Positions 9,964 through 20,250 of a stretch of 64,000 bases of DNA are shown one piece after another. Source of the DNA: a virus (taxonomy: Duplodnaviria; Caudoviricetes). The DNA is taken from IMG/VR virus record IMGVR_UViG_3300042268_000564; one strand, given 5' to 3'. The first letter of the stretch is position 1; each line of letters opens with the position of its first letter. The notes under the pieces were generated by a model. That model did no database searches, had not been told where the DNA came from, and saw only the letters and a list, made by a program, of their open reading frames with translations. The translations under genes and the position numbers were made by a program.

Positions 9964-11406
9964 ATGATTATAAACATTAACCAGACTGAGCAAAAAATCT
10001 TTGACACCGTGCTCGCAGTAGCAAGTGTGCACGGCATCGTTCTTCGTGTGGCTGGTGGCTGGGTAAGAGATAAAATGCTCGGTAAAGACAGTCACGACAT
10101 CGACATTGCCGTAGATGGTGTAATCAGTGGTAAGCCAGTGACTGGCGCAGTATTTGCTGCTTTGGTTGCTGATGCTACAGGCAAAACATTTGCTGTGATT
10201 GATGCTAATCCAGAACAATCTAAGCACCTTGAAACAGCAACTATTGATATTCATGGTGTTTCTGTAGATTTTGTCCACCTCCGCAGTGAAACATATGGCG
10301 ATAGCCGTATTCCAACTGTGGAAGTTGGCACCCCTCAAACTGATGCAGAACGCAGAGACCTCACAATCAATTCTCTTTTCTTTAATATCAATACAGGAGA
10401 AATTGAAGATTTCACTGGCAAGGGTATTGATGATTTGAGAGCTGGCATAATCCGCACACCTCGTGAAAGTAAGAAAACTTTGCTGGACGACCCTTTGAGA
10501 GCTTTGCGTGCAATTCGTTTTGCGGCAAAATTTGGCTTTGAACTTGATGCAAGTCTTGTAGAGGCTATGCAGGATGCTGACGTTCATCATGCTTTTAACA
10601 ATAAAGTTAAAGTTGAAAGAATGATTAAGGAACTCGACAGTATAATGCAGTTTGCCCCTGTAAGAGGGGTAAAATTGATTATTGAATCAGGCTTGCTTGA
10701 CAATCATATTCCTGAACTTAAAGATATGGATTTTGACCAGCAAACAAAATATCACGATAAAACAGTGCTTGACCATACTCTTGCACTTACTGAAGAGCTG
10801 CATCAGCAGTTTCCTGATGATATTGACCTTAAGTGGGCTGCAATCCTTCATGATATTGGCAAGCCAAGTTCAGCTACCCCTCACAAGGACGGCGTAAGTC
10901 TTACCTTTGTAAATCATGAATTGGTGAGTGCCGACATTGCGGAGCGTGCTCTTACTAATCTTCGTTTCAGCAATGAAAGAGTGAGACGTATCAGACGGCT
11001 TGTTAAAAGGCATATGATTAACTTCAACCCGAAATGGTCTGACTTTAAGTTCAAGAAATGGCTCAGGGAGCACTTCGAATCAGCCGATGAGGTAATGAGC
11101 CTTGTAGCTTTGCGAGGTGCTGACATTAATGCATTGAATCCAGAACACAATGTAGAGCCAAAAAGAAACCATGACGCTCTTGTTGATAGAATCAGCAGGG
11201 TTGATGTGGCTGAAGCGATTGGCATGAAGTCTTTCGTAAATGGACACGAACTTCAGAAAATCTTTAATCGTAAGCAAGGTGAATGGATTAGAGAAGTTCA
11301 GGGCAAGATGATTGATTTGCAGCTTCAAGGTATGGTTAATAACCAACAGGAAGCTCTTGCTCGTGCTCAGAAATGGGCTGATAGGGAATTGGAACAATCT
11401 AGTTGA
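9964..11406 (+). CDS. cca: CCA-adding enzyme / tRNA nucleotidyltransferase with HD domain
   Basis: AGGWVRD..DIDI, DAERRDLTIN, DDPLRALRAIRF, HDIGK. Confidence 0.92.
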   Translation: MIININQTEQKIFDTVLAVASVHGIVLRVAGGWVRDKMLGKDSHDIDIAVDGVISGKPVTGAVFAALVADATGKTFAVIDANPEQSKHLETATIDIHGVSVDFVHLRSETYGDSRIPTVEVGTPQTDAERRDLTINSLFFNINTGEIEDFTGKGIDDLRAGIIRTPRESKKTLLDDPLRALRAIRFAAKFGFELDASLVEAMQDADVHHAFNNKVKVERMIKELDSIMQFAPVRGVKLIIESGLLDNHIPELKDMDFDQQTKYHDKTVLDHTLALTEELHQQFPDDIDLKWAAILHDIGKPSSATPHKDGVSLTFVNHELVSADIAERALTNLRFSNERVRRIRRLVKRHMINFNPKWSDFKFKKWLREHFESADEVMSLVALRGADINALNPEHNVEPKRNHDALVDRISRVDVAEAIGMKSFVNGHELQKIFNRKQGEWIREVQGKMIDLQLQGMVNNQQEALARAQKWADRELEQSS

Positions 11407-11471
11407 CAATTAAGTTCTCGGCTATATAATGAGTGTAAGTAATGACACTCTATTTTTTTGAGGAGAAACAG

Positions 11472-11825
11472 ATGAAACAACAAATAATTGACTTGATTGC
11501 GGAAAGACAAGAGCAACTTAAACAAGGTGGAAGCTTTTCTGGCAATGACCCTTTGGGGGATAAAATTGCACAGCTTTTGAAAGAAAATTTCGACTCTTTG
11601 GAATGTGATTTCATTATTGAAAGCGTGACTCACTTGGGCTGGTCGCTAAGTGTTCTATATGACGACAACGGTAGGTTCGCTGTTGTTGGTGACGGCACTC
11701 AACCTGTGGTAGCTGGCGACGACCTTCTTGAGGGGCATGTAGGCTTTTCTTTCTTCATTGAAAAGGAAGATTGGCACAGCACAATTCGGGAAGCCCTGAG
11801 ACACTATTTATTTGAAAGAGAGTAA
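11472..11825 (+). CDS. Hypothetical protein
   Basis: SD GAGGAG, upstream promoter. Confidence 0.55.
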   Translation: MKQQIIDLIAERQEQLKQGGSFSGNDPLGDKIAQLLKENFDSLECDFIIESVTHLGWSLSVLYDDNGRFAVVGDGTQPVVAGDDLLEGHVGFSFFIEKEDWHSTIREALRHYLFERE

Positions 11826-11827
11826 GT

Positions 11828-12253
11828 ATGGAATTTATTGTAAATAAAAAACCCATTAAGAAAGTAGACAAAAGAAAAGGTTTTCTTCTTGTTGTGGAAA
11901 CAATGGGAGGTGATGCAGATAGCACGGATTATGTCGAGGTAGGTGTGTTCCCCGACACTGAAAAAGGTCGGGAATACCTTGAGGAAGTGATAACTGTTTG
12001 TGATGATGCAAAAAAAGCATACCCAAGTGGCATGGCTGGCTATGATGATTACAGTCACATTAAGAATTTTGATAAATGGTTTATGGATGGTGCTACTGAA
12101 GACGAATATGAGGAAATAGAACCTTACATAACATATGAAGATGGCGACAGTATAATGTGGCCATTTTATTGTGAAACTTGCAATTCGTGTGAGGGTTATG
12201 AATTGTTTTGGTTGGAGAACGGGGAAAGATTTAAGGTTAAGATAAAAAGATGA
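11828..12253 (+). CDS. Hypothetical acidic protein
   Basis: ORF followed by terminator. Confidence 0.55.
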   Translation: MEFIVNKKPIKKVDKRKGFLLVVETMGGDADSTDYVEVGVFPDTEKGREYLEEVITVCDDAKKAYPSGMAGYDDYSHIKNFDKWFMDGATEDEYEEIEPYITYEDGDSIMWPFYCETCNSCEGYELFWLENGERFKVKIKR

Positions 12254-12273
12254 TGTTGTTGGATTTAAGATAG

Positions 12274-12302
12274 AAAGAGCCTCTTTTCGAGGCTCTTTTT
12301 TT
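12274..12302. terminator. Probable bidirectional terminator
   Basis: AAAGAGCCTC-TTTTC-GAGGCTCTTT(TT) between convergent genes. Confidence 0.75.
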
Positions 12303-12315
12303 ATTGCATAGTCTA

Positions 12316-12378
12316 GTCAGACCATCATTGGAATGGACTTGTCAGTCCATCATTGGAATGGACTTGTCAGTCCATCAT
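12316..12378. repeat. 25-bp tandem repeat, 2.5 copies
   Basis: GTCAG(A/T)CCATCATTGGAATGGACTT x2 + GTCAGTCCATCAT. Confidence 0.9.
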
Positions 12379-12615
12379 GCACCAGTAGTGAGTACAGAGA
12401 TTGTATTTATTGCAGATTTCCATTACATCACGAAGTCTGGTTCCATCGTTAAAGCTGGCTTTGATTTCAGCCCATGCCTTGGCGATGTTTCTTTTCTTTT
12501 TTGTATAGAAGGCTGGCAGGTTGTTCTGGTCAACGAAGTCTCTGCCAGAGATTTGTTTTTCATCAGGTCTGAAAGTAATTTCGGTGTTTTTGTTTTTCAG
12601 TTCTGTTCGGTTCAT
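12367..12615 (-). CDS. Hypothetical protein
   Basis: SD GGAG, coupled to upstream ORF. Confidence 0.6.
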   Translation of the reverse strand: MNRTELKNKNTEITFRPDEKQISGRDFVDQNNLPAFYTKKKRNIAKAWAEIKASFNDGTRLRDVMEICNKYNLCTHYWCMMD

Positions 12616-12857
12616 TATTTGGCTCCTTCAAGATATTTGTTCAGTCTGTTTATGAAAGAACTTGCAGCCTTCATGGTTGAGAAGGTGATATACAAACAGC
12701 ATGTTTCTGCCTCGACATTGTTTCTATGTGTAATAACTTTTGCTGCTCTGAGCTTTTTTTCAGCAGCATAGTTATCTTCACAATCGAGGACTTTTGCCAA
12801 AGAACCGATAAACATAAAGCTTTTGTCCATTTGGTGAATGTTATTTTCTGTATACAT
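12615..12857 (-). CDS. Hypothetical protein
   Basis: Own consensus promoter and SD AAGGAG. Confidence 0.65.
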   Translation of the reverse strand: MYTENNIHQMDKSFMFIGSLAKVLDCEDNYAAEKKLRAAKVITHRNNVEAETCCLYITFSTMKAASSFINRLNKYLEGAK

Positions 12858-12936
12858 TTGATTTCTCCTTACTTTTTTTTCCTATACCTTTATTATAATA
12901 AAATTCAAAAAAGTGTCAAGTGGGTAAATAAAAAGT

Positions 12937-13218
12937 TTACATTTCTCTTTCTTTTCTGGTTGCTTTCAGGTTTTCAACAATTTCTTCAGCTTCTGAGTAG
13001 ATACGAGCTTTGATTGTGTTAAGCTCTGCTTCTACTGCTTCCAAGCTTGCTATCATTCTCTTGCTGGCTTCTGCATCTTTTTCTGAAAGATTCTTTGAAA
13101 GATGCTCTTTCATTTTTTCAATCTGTCTCAAAGGTTCATGCAAAGGATTTAGTTCTCTGCTTTTCTTGTCTACTGCATCAGGGATGTAATCACCTTCTGT
13201 GTATTTAAAAGGATTCAT
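12937..13218 (-). CDS. Hypothetical coiled-coil protein
   Basis: Own consensus promoter and SD AAGGAG. Confidence 0.65.
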   Translation of the reverse strand: MNPFKYTEGDYIPDAVDKKSRELNPLHEPLRQIEKMKEHLSKNLSEKDAEASKRMIASLEAVEAELNTIKARIYSEAEEIVENLKATRKEREM

Positions 13219-13344
13219 TCTGCATTCTCCTTCGTTTCTTTCTTATGCTTTAATTATAACATAATGTAAAAAAGTGTCAAGTGGACGAGAATATTTTTTT
13301 ATATAAAGTATTGAAAAGCTTTTACAAAAGGGGCTTTTGAGACG

Positions 13345-13905
13345 ATGGGACAACAGAAGCGTATGTTCAACTTGAATAGGGGGCTTATTGCGGCTAATCA
13401 GGATGGGCAGGAAATAATTATTCGCACTAAGATTCTGAAGGATTCGCTGCAATTTTCTTTTGCGGGTGACACTGTTACAGCAAGGATAGAGAAAAAAGAA
13501 TGTTTGGCGGAATTTGAAAGAGTTAAGGATAATATGTTTGAAAAAAGAAGTTTTGAAGGAATGAAACACGCTTTAAGGCACCTTCTTAAAAATAAGTCTT
13601 TAAAGTTTGATGCAGGAATTTTAAGTGTTGGTGAGTATACTTTTTCGTTTGTTGTTGTCCAGAACGGTTTTCTTGCTCATTATGAGATTATGCCCGATAA
13701 TATTGTTTCATTTGGCGTGATTCATCAAGATGACGCCATTATGCTTGCCAAGCAACAGGGTGAATGGAATGTTAAGAAACAAGAGCAGGAGATTATTGCA
13801 CATTGCAAAGATTATTATGACGCTCTGGATAAAATAATAAAAGAGATAGAGCAAATTTTTGCAAATACAGTTAAAGACTTATCCGAAAAAAGGCAGTTGC
13901 ACTAA
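13345..13905 (+). CDS. Hypothetical protein
   Basis: Follows TAAAGTATT motif; coupled to next gene. Confidence 0.6.
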   Translation: MGQQKRMFNLNRGLIAANQDGQEIIIRTKILKDSLQFSFAGDTVTARIEKKECLAEFERVKDNMFEKRSFEGMKHALRHLLKNKSLKFDAGILSVGEYTFSFVVVQNGFLAHYEIMPDNIVSFGVIHQDDAIMLAKQQGEWNVKKQEQEIIAHCKDYYDALDKIIKEIEQIFANTVKDLSEKRQLH

Positions 13906-15275
13906 TGAGTACAAGCGGTGGTTCAAAACGACAAGGAGCAGGTGGCGGCTCAGGCAAACATAATGTTGAAAACAGAGAGCCAATTGCGCCCAGAGATGAA
14001 TGGACAAGAATCGGCAAAGAAGGTGGCGGTGGTTCAATCGCAGTTGCTTCAGCGATGGGCAACGAAGACCCTCTTTCTCAGCTCAAAAATTCAAAATATA
14101 AAAACAAAAAATTAGATAGCTTAAAAGATATAATTATCGCAAGAGATGCAAATGGTAAGCTCTTGATGTCCAACGAAGAATTTAATAAACAAGTAGCCAA
14201 GCTTGCTGTAAATAAACTCAAGAAAGCCAGAGAGATAGGGTTAATGCAGGGCGGGGTTATGCGACTCCCCAAAACAGGGAAAGCGATAGTTGTAGGCGAC
14301 TTGCATGAACAAGCAACAAATCTTACGGCGATTCTTAAACATGCGAATTTAGATAAGAACCCAAAAACAAAATTGATTTTGTTGGGTGATGTTTTGTCCG
14401 GGTCAAAAGTTGCCCGTTCTGACGAAACTGGTGGCGGCGATTCGATGCACAGAGTTATTTCATGGCTACAGGCTCGTTACCCTGACCAAGTTTTTGTTGT
14501 CAATGGGAATCATGAGATGGGCATGATGGCTGGCGTGGACAAGATGGAAGGTGGCAGCAAGGCTGCAAGTGCAATGGGACGTATGGAAGCTAGATTGTTC
14601 ACAGATAAAGAACAGGCTATAGAAAGAATAAAAGAATCACCGTTGCAGATTCAGATTGGTGATAAAGCCAAGGGGGAATATACAAGAACATTTCAACATG
14701 CCCCAGGTGCTGGCGACATTACAGAAGTTGCGAAATTGAATACCCCCGAAGATAGAAACGCAAAAGCTACGAACATATTTGAGAGCGGTGAAACTTTAAC
14801 AAAGGAAGCTTTGCAGAAGGTTAATGAAGGGAATAAGTCGGATTTAACATATTTTGGACACGTCTCGCCTGAAGCCGTCGAAAAGGGTTTACATAGTGGC
14901 GACTTGAAGCCTGAGATAAGCAAGGGTGTTGTTTCTAAGTTTGCTGGCGGCGGGATGTTTGTTGATTCGCAAAATCAGGACACAAGTGGTATTGTTGAGA
15001 TAGACCTTAATAAAGATTCAGCTCCTGAAAAGATTATTTCCATGAAGGATTTAAGGAACGAATATCAGAAATCTGCTGGCCATCTTGAAGGTTTAAGAGA
15101 ATTTGGTGGCAGCGATAAAGATACATTCAGAGGGCAGATTGCAATTAAAAATGCGGCTGAAAGAGCGGCAAAAGAAGCTGGTGAAAGGGCAAAGAAAGAA
15201 AAACCATTGACACCTGAAGAACAGGCAAAGTTGCTTGCAGACTTGATGGGCAGTGTTAAGGGTGCTGATTGGTAA
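13905..15275 (+). CDS. Metallophosphoesterase (PPP-like) with Gly-rich N-terminal extension
   Basis: VGDLHE, LGDVL, NGNHE, FGH motifs. Confidence 0.8.
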   Translation: MSTSGGSKRQGAGGGSGKHNVENREPIAPRDEWTRIGKEGGGGSIAVASAMGNEDPLSQLKNSKYKNKKLDSLKDIIIARDANGKLLMSNEEFNKQVAKLAVNKLKKAREIGLMQGGVMRLPKTGKAIVVGDLHEQATNLTAILKHANLDKNPKTKLILLGDVLSGSKVARSDETGGGDSMHRVISWLQARYPDQVFVVNGNHEMGMMAGVDKMEGGSKAASAMGRMEARLFTDKEQAIERIKESPLQIQIGDKAKGEYTRTFQHAPGAGDITEVAKLNTPEDRNAKATNIFESGETLTKEALQKVNEGNKSDLTYFGHVSPEAVEKGLHSGDLKPEISKGVVSKFAGGGMFVDSQNQDTSGIVEIDLNKDSAPEKIISMKDLRNEYQKSAGHLEGLREFGGSDKDTFRGQIAIKNAAERAAKEAGERAKKEKPLTPEEQAKLLADLMGSVKGADW

Positions 15276-15340
15276 AATGTTCTTGACATTGTTGTCTGCT
15301 TGTTTATAATAAATAAAAATAAACCAAAGGATGGCTTATT

Positions 15341-15787
15341 ATGAGAGCCGAAGATGTGAAAAATGTGATAGCCGAGTTGGTAAAGAAGCGTGACTATCTT
15401 AATCTGTTCAAGATGGTTGCAGCTATTGACAGCTATGAGCCAGAGCTTAAATTTCCTGCTATAAAAGCAGTTAGTGTTATGTATCCTGTGTTGGCAAAAA
15501 TTGCCCATGAGGGTGAGAATGTGGATGCAGTTGCTGGTTTCTATTCTGTTTATACAAGAGATTGTGGTAGCGTTGAATTCGCTTTTTGGCACGCCATGAC
15601 TTGGCTTAATACAGAATACATTAATTCAATCGGCTGTGAATGTGGAAAAGAAGTGAATCTTTTCTCTGATACGGCAGAAACAAATTACAATCACCACGCT
15701 CACAAAATTTATAGAGAGTGGGCTTATAAACATTTACCAGAAGCACGCAGGGAAGAGCTTATTCTGCCTATTGAAGAATTGATGTAG
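15341..15787 (+). CDS. Hypothetical protein
   Basis: Promoter + SD. Confidence 0.6.
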   Translation: MRAEDVKNVIAELVKKRDYLNLFKMVAAIDSYEPELKFPAIKAVSVMYPVLAKIAHEGENVDAVAGFYSVYTRDCGSVEFAFWHAMTWLNTEYINSIGCECGKEVNLFSDTAETNYNHHAHKIYREWAYKHLPEARREELILPIEELM

Positions 15788-15795
15788 GTGGGCTT

Positions 15796-16233
15796 ATGAA
15801 CCATATTTTACAGCCCCTGTTCGTTATGATAACTGTTGTTGTCGGACTCCGTGTTTTGTTTAAAAGCTTTTATATGAAGCCCGTTATCGATAACAGAGAC
15901 GCAATTATAAGTGAATTGCAGCGGAAAAATGGCTATTACGAGAAGCACATTGAGAATGTTACGGCGAGAAATCGTGAAGCTATGATTGGCGTTAGAGTCG
16001 TATCACGCTCTAACGAAGATGAACCTCTGCTAATTGGTGAATTGGTCAGGTTTGAATTCTTGTCTCAAGCAAAAAATCCTTTCCCTGTTGTAAAGTGCGA
16101 AGAAACTGGTAAGGAATGGGTGACAATGGGTATTGTTTTCCCTTACAGCGATAAAATGATGCAGGAACTTTCATCTATGTCTCCAAAAGAGCAATGGGAT
16201 AGGTTGCAAAAAACAGGATTGCGATGGGAGTAA
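15796..16233 (+). CDS. Hypothetical protein with N-terminal TM segment
   Basis: LFVMITVVVGLRVLF. Confidence 0.55.
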   Translation: MNHILQPLFVMITVVVGLRVLFKSFYMKPVIDNRDAIISELQRKNGYYEKHIENVTARNREAMIGVRVVSRSNEDEPLLIGELVRFEFLSQAKNPFPVVKCEETGKEWVTMGIVFPYSDKMMQELSSMSPKEQWDRLQKTGLRWE

Positions 16234-16853
16234 GTTCTGACATTGTTGTCCCGTTTGGTAAGCTTGAAGAAGCTACAGTAAAAGAATTGGTTCCCAATTA
16301 TTATCTTAGCAACTCCGAACCATTTGATGAATCAGATTTGAGAATTCTCAAAGAACTTTTTCGTTCCTTTTATTCTACATTGGAGCAGTTAGAGCTTGTC
16401 GAATTAACCCCCACCATTATGTATGACAAAATACAGAGTCCTGTATTGGGATTTGTATGGTTCTCAATAACAGGCGACCCGAAGATGTCGCATTTAAGGA
16501 AGATAGACAAGGGTATTATCTTGCCTATCACAAATGTTGGGGAGTTGCAGTATGGCTTAACATTAAGGGTCCCAAAGTTTAGACAGGCACTTAAAGTGAT
16601 TTATCCTAATCATAGATGGCTGAAGCGCACTGATAGGATGGAAAAGATTTTTTTAAGGCTTTATCGTAGGGAGCTTTACAGGTTCAATAGTAAAGCTGCA
16701 ACATTGCCTCAGCATAAAAGATTATGGCGTAGAGCGTTGAAAAAGGTGCAGCCGTCCCCGACAAAAACATATAGTGAGTCAGGTGTTTTTCTTTGGGGAT
16801 TAAAGAAAAAAGGTGATGCAGATTTATTGCCAGATTATAGAATCTTTCTCTGA
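16224..16853 (+). CDS. Hypothetical protein
   Basis: Overlapping co-oriented ORF. Confidence 0.55.
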   Translation: MGVSSDIVVPFGKLEEATVKELVPNYYLSNSEPFDESDLRILKELFRSFYSTLEQLELVELTPTIMYDKIQSPVLGFVWFSITGDPKMSHLRKIDKGIILPITNVGELQYGLTLRVPKFRQALKVIYPNHRWLKRTDRMEKIFLRLYRRELYRFNSKAATLPQHKRLWRRALKKVQPSPTKTYSESGVFLWGLKKKGDADLLPDYRIFL

Positions 16854-17269
16854 AGTTTTTCGGCTATCTTTTTCGCTTTTTTTATTTGAGTTGGATTAAG
16901 AAAAATTGTCTCTTGCTTTCCTTGCTCATTTTTGATTAGTTTAGGGGAGAGACACATTAGTAATTCATTATCGTCAAGAATAACCTCTTGCTCTTTTGCG
17001 ATGTCTTTGAGGATGTCTAATACAGTAATGTCAAACTGTTTGTTGCCTGTAAGGGTAAGATTCTGTTGGAATTGAGAGAGAAATCTTAATACATCTGTTG
17101 CAGAATCGCCAGTGGCTATTGCTGACATAATGGCTGTATATAGTAGTTTAGCACGTTCTGTTAGGGTTGTGTCTCTTATATCATGCAAAATTGGCGCAGG
17201 TTCATTAACAAGCTCTTTAACAGGAGGTCTTGTAGGTTGTGGGATATCTTGTTTTGTTTTCTTTCTCAT
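16835..17269 (-). CDS. Hypothetical protein
   Basis: Long ORF; -10-like TAAAAT 7 nt upstream. Confidence 0.55.
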   Translation of the reverse strand: MRKKTKQDIPQPTRPPVKELVNEPAPILHDIRDTTLTERAKLLYTAIMSAIATGDSATDVLRFLSQFQQNLTLTGNKQFDITVLDILKDIAKEQEVILDDNELLMCLSPKLIKNEQGKQETIFLNPTQIKKAKKIAEKLQRKIL

Positions 17270-17343
17270 GAATATTATTTTACTTTAAAAAGGATTTGAC
17301 AATGTAAGCCATGTTGTTATAATTCGTGTAGGAGAAAAAAACA

Positions 17344-17709
17344 ATGGCAAAAATTACAAAAAATGAAAATGGACAATTACAAATTGAAGACGGGATAAAT
17401 AGAGTTCAGAGGACGCAGATTCAAAAAGCGATTAATGATGTAATTTCCGAAATATTCTCTGAAGAAAGTGTTCACGCAGCAGACTATATGTCTAATGCTG
17501 AAATTTCTTTGGCTGCCGAGAAAATCCAAATGTCGATTAAAGAAGGCAAGGTGGCAGAGAGTGACATTGTAAAAGATACGCTATTGCTTGGAAATAAAAT
17601 TGTGCATGAGCGGCTTGATGATAGCGAAGCGAGGCAAATGTTTCGCAGAGGGTATGAATTGATTACATTGCTTACCGACCCCGATGCCACAACGCATGTG
17701 ATAAACTAA
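17344..17709 (+). CDS. Hypothetical protein
   Basis: Promoter + SD AGGAG. Confidence 0.6.
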   Translation: MAKITKNENGQLQIEDGINRVQRTQIQKAINDVISEIFSEESVHAADYMSNAEISLAAEKIQMSIKEGKVAESDIVKDTLLLGNKIVHERLDDSEARQMFRRGYELITLLTDPDATTHVIN

Positions 17710-17820
17710 ATTTTTCATCTCCTCAAAAATCCTGATGCAATTTTATAAATGTTAAAAATAGCGGGACTAAAAAAGGCTCAGAATCAATATCTGAGCCTTT
17801 TGCTTTTTAGACTGTTTGGA

Positions 17821-18237
17821 TTATGCCCACTTTATTGTGAGCTTAAATCCGTTTGGAGCTTTTTCTAGCAGCTTCTTGAGGGTGGCTTTTGAGTTGACTA
17901 CATCTAAGATTTTATCTTTATTGATATCTTTAAAGGCATTGCCAACAAGGATGCATCCGAGTATGTCAGAATAATAATTGCCGCCATGAATCAAAATCCA
18001 TGTGCGCCCCGGAACATCTTTCACATGAAAGTGATTGCCATACTTGGGCGAGTTTCTTAAAACGCAATCATATTCTGCGGCGGGAATACATGAGATTCTG
18101 CGTTTATTGTCTTTCCACGCAAGTTCAAGAGTTTTGCAGGAAAAGATTTTTTCATCATTTTTGTAGAGAGTAAGTTCACCAAGTGTTTGCTTCTCGGAAC
18201 TTGGTTGACGAATCAGAACAGCTTCAAATTTGTCCAT
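17821..18237 (-). CDS. DUF5675-family protein (candidate cell-wall/lysis enzyme)
   Basis: TLGEL...CKTLE..W..N...SCIP...VPGR..ILIH.GN....GCILVG pattern. Confidence 0.75.
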   Translation of the reverse strand: MDKFEAVLIRQPSSEKQTLGELTLYKNDEKIFSCKTLELAWKDNKRRISCIPAAEYDCVLRNSPKYGNHFHVKDVPGRTWILIHGGNYYSDILGCILVGNAFKDINKDKILDVVNSKATLKKLLEKAPNGFKLTIKWA

Positions 18238-18303
18238 AAGACACCTCCTGTTATATAACACTTTAAAGGTAGAATATAAGAAACTCTAATTAAGGGATTT
18301 GAT

Positions 18304-18999
18304 ATGACAATTATTCCAATGGTTACAGATGTCACCAGACGCACGAACGACATTTACTCTCGCCTTTTGCAAGACCGTGTTATCTTTTTGGCTGATGAGA
18401 TTACAGATGAGACGGCGAATCTTGTTGTTGCGCAATTGTTATTTCTTGCGGCAGAAGACCCGAACAAAGAAATTTCGCTTTACATAATGAGTCCGGGTGG
18501 CATGGTTACGGCAGGCATGGCAATTTATGACACGATACAGCATATTAAGCCAGATGTTTCTACCTGTTGTATCGGTGCAGCCGCCAGTATGGGTGCATTT
18601 TTGTTGGCAGCAGGAACAAAGGGTAAGAGATATGCCCTCCCTAATGTTGAAATCATGATTCATCAGGTTCTCGGTGGTGCTATGGGGCAAGAGTCTGACA
18701 TTCAGATTACAGCGCAGCAGATGGCAAAAACAAAGGCTCGTATCAACCAAATTTTGGCTAAACATACTGGACAGCCTTTGGACAAGGTGACGGCAGATTG
18801 TGATAGGGATTATTATTTGACAGCAGAAGAAGCTGTGGAATACGGTTTGATTGACAAGATTCTTTATCCTCGTGAAAAAAGTAATACAAAAAAAACAAAA
18901 ATGACTGAGGTTGAAGATAAGAATGGTAAGAAAAAGCTTTCTCAGGAGTCTCTTGAAAAGAAATATGGAAAATTTAAACCAGCAGGAAAGAAAAAGTAA
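18304..18999 (+). CDS. clpP: ClpP protease proteolytic subunit with basic C-terminal tail
   Basis: DIYSRLL.DRVIFL, SPGG, AASMG (Ser), IMIHQ (His), DRDY (Asp). Confidence 0.95.
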   Translation: MTIIPMVTDVTRRTNDIYSRLLQDRVIFLADEITDETANLVVAQLLFLAAEDPNKEISLYIMSPGGMVTAGMAIYDTIQHIKPDVSTCCIGAAASMGAFLLAAGTKGKRYALPNVEIMIHQVLGGAMGQESDIQITAQQMAKTKARINQILAKHTGQPLDKVTADCDRDYYLTAEEAVEYGLIDKILYPREKSNTKKTKMTEVEDKNGKKKLSQESLEKKYGKFKPAGKKK

Positions 19000-19032
19000 T
19001 TGACAATATTAACGTAGTTGTTACAATAATAT

Positions 19033-19153
19033 TAGCAATATTGAAGATTATATACAGCAAACAAATGAACGCTGAAAAACTGTCAATTTTCTTAGCGGAA
19101 AATCTATAATCTGAGGTTGCTATTTAAAAAGCTGCGATTAAGCAGCTTTTTTT
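19033..19153 (+). ncRNA. Candidate small RNA 1 (stem + CAGCAAAC motif)
   Basis: Promoter 19000-19027, nested stems TAGCAAT/GTTGCTA and AGATTATA/TATAATCT, terminator AAAAAGCTGC/GCAGCTTTTT; no ORF. Confidence 0.6.
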
Positions 19154-19166
19154 ATCGGAGGTAATT

Positions 19167-19550
19167 ATGTTGTTCACTTTTCACGCATTAATAGTAGTGT
19201 CGTCGCTGTTGTTTTATCATTATGGCAAATCTGGGCGGAAATTTTATCGATATGCAGGTTATGTCTCTGTATTTCTGCTTTGTTTCACTTATGGGCATCA
19301 AAACTATTATTTTACTAAAGCGTTGGAACGAGAAAAGCAGTTAGCGACGGCAACTTTGAAATATGACGAAAATTTAAGAAAGCTTACCGCCACAGTCCAT
19401 GAATATTTGCAGATGGTTAAAAGCAGTCAAAAATGGGACGATGTTGCGTCGTCTACTTCTTTGCAGGAATATACCTTTACTGTGGGTGGCGTAGACAAAG
19501 AGACCATTGTTGCAACTGAACCTTTGATTGAGGTGGGAGGAAAAAATTAA
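19167..19550 (+). CDS. Membrane protein
   Basis: Two N-terminal hydrophobic segments; SD GGAGG. Confidence 0.6.
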   Translation: MLFTFHALIVVSSLLFYHYGKSGRKFYRYAGYVSVFLLCFTYGHQNYYFTKALEREKQLATATLKYDENLRKLTATVHEYLQMVKSSQKWDDVASSTSLQEYTFTVGGVDKETIVATEPLIEVGGKN

Positions 19551-20032
19551 TGTCTAATTTTTCTGCCGCCTTTGGTGTCGCCTTTATCGTAGGTGTTTTG
19601 CATGTGATTTTTCAAGTTTTGCTTTCAGACAACAAAAAGTCTAGTTTCAGGATGTCGACTATTTTCTTGACGGTTGCCTGTGTTTCATTATGTATTATTG
19701 CGTCTGAGGCTGACAGGGAAAAGGCTATACACACCGCCAGACGAGACCAGTTTAATTCTAAAATAGCGAATATTACACAGGAAAGAGACTCTTATAAGAA
19801 GTTGTATAAGGATACTGCACTCGAATATCAAAAGGATGTTGTAGAGCAACGAAACCTTTGTGAGAAAAAACTTGCAGATATGGAAGCGGAATGTGCAAAA
19901 CAGATAGCTGAAATAAGAGAACGTGCTGTTGCCGCTGGCTTAGGAGAATGGAAAGAGGAAGTAGTTGCTACGAACAAGGTTTTTTACTTTAAGGGTGAAA
20001 AGCTTCTTGCAGAGCAGATTGAAAAAAAATAA
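19550..20032 (+). CDS. Membrane-anchored coiled-coil protein
   Basis: Two TM segments then a charged helix. Confidence 0.6.
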   Translation: MSNFSAAFGVAFIVGVLHVIFQVLLSDNKKSSFRMSTIFLTVACVSLCIIASEADREKAIHTARRDQFNSKIANITQERDSYKKLYKDTALEYQKDVVEQRNLCEKKLADMEAECAKQIAEIRERAVAAGLGEWKEEVVATNKVFYFKGEKLLAEQIEKK

Positions 20033-20076
20033 AAATATTTTGTTGACAATGTTGAGGTCAAAGTTATAATACGAAT

Positions 20077-20250
20077 ATAACGATTTTGAAGGTTGCTTGC
20101 AGCAAACCAACAAGCAAAATACTTTTAATCTTTACCGCTAACGTAACCTGTAAATCATTAATCTCGGAGCAATCCGGCGCAATCTCGGTAGGCTGTTGCT
20201 ACCGGGTCGATTATGGTGAACAGGTTAGAAGAAATTCTAACCTGTTTTTT
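20077..20250 (+). ncRNA. Candidate small RNA 2 / structured leader of the Ro60-related gene
   Basis: Promoter 20043-20070; AGGTTGC/GTAACCT stem with TGCAGCAAAC; two further hairpins; terminator AACAGGTTAGAA-GAAA-TTCTAACCTGTT-TTTT. Confidence 0.6.

Noticed and set aside
12316-12378. Possible mini-CRISPR array
   Set aside because: Units are directly adjacent with no unique spacers, and no cas genes are visible.
20161-20220. tRNA or YrlA-type tRNA-like domain (GGGTCGATT resembles a T-loop)
   Set aside because: No cloverleaf, proper T-stem or acceptor/CCA end could be built.
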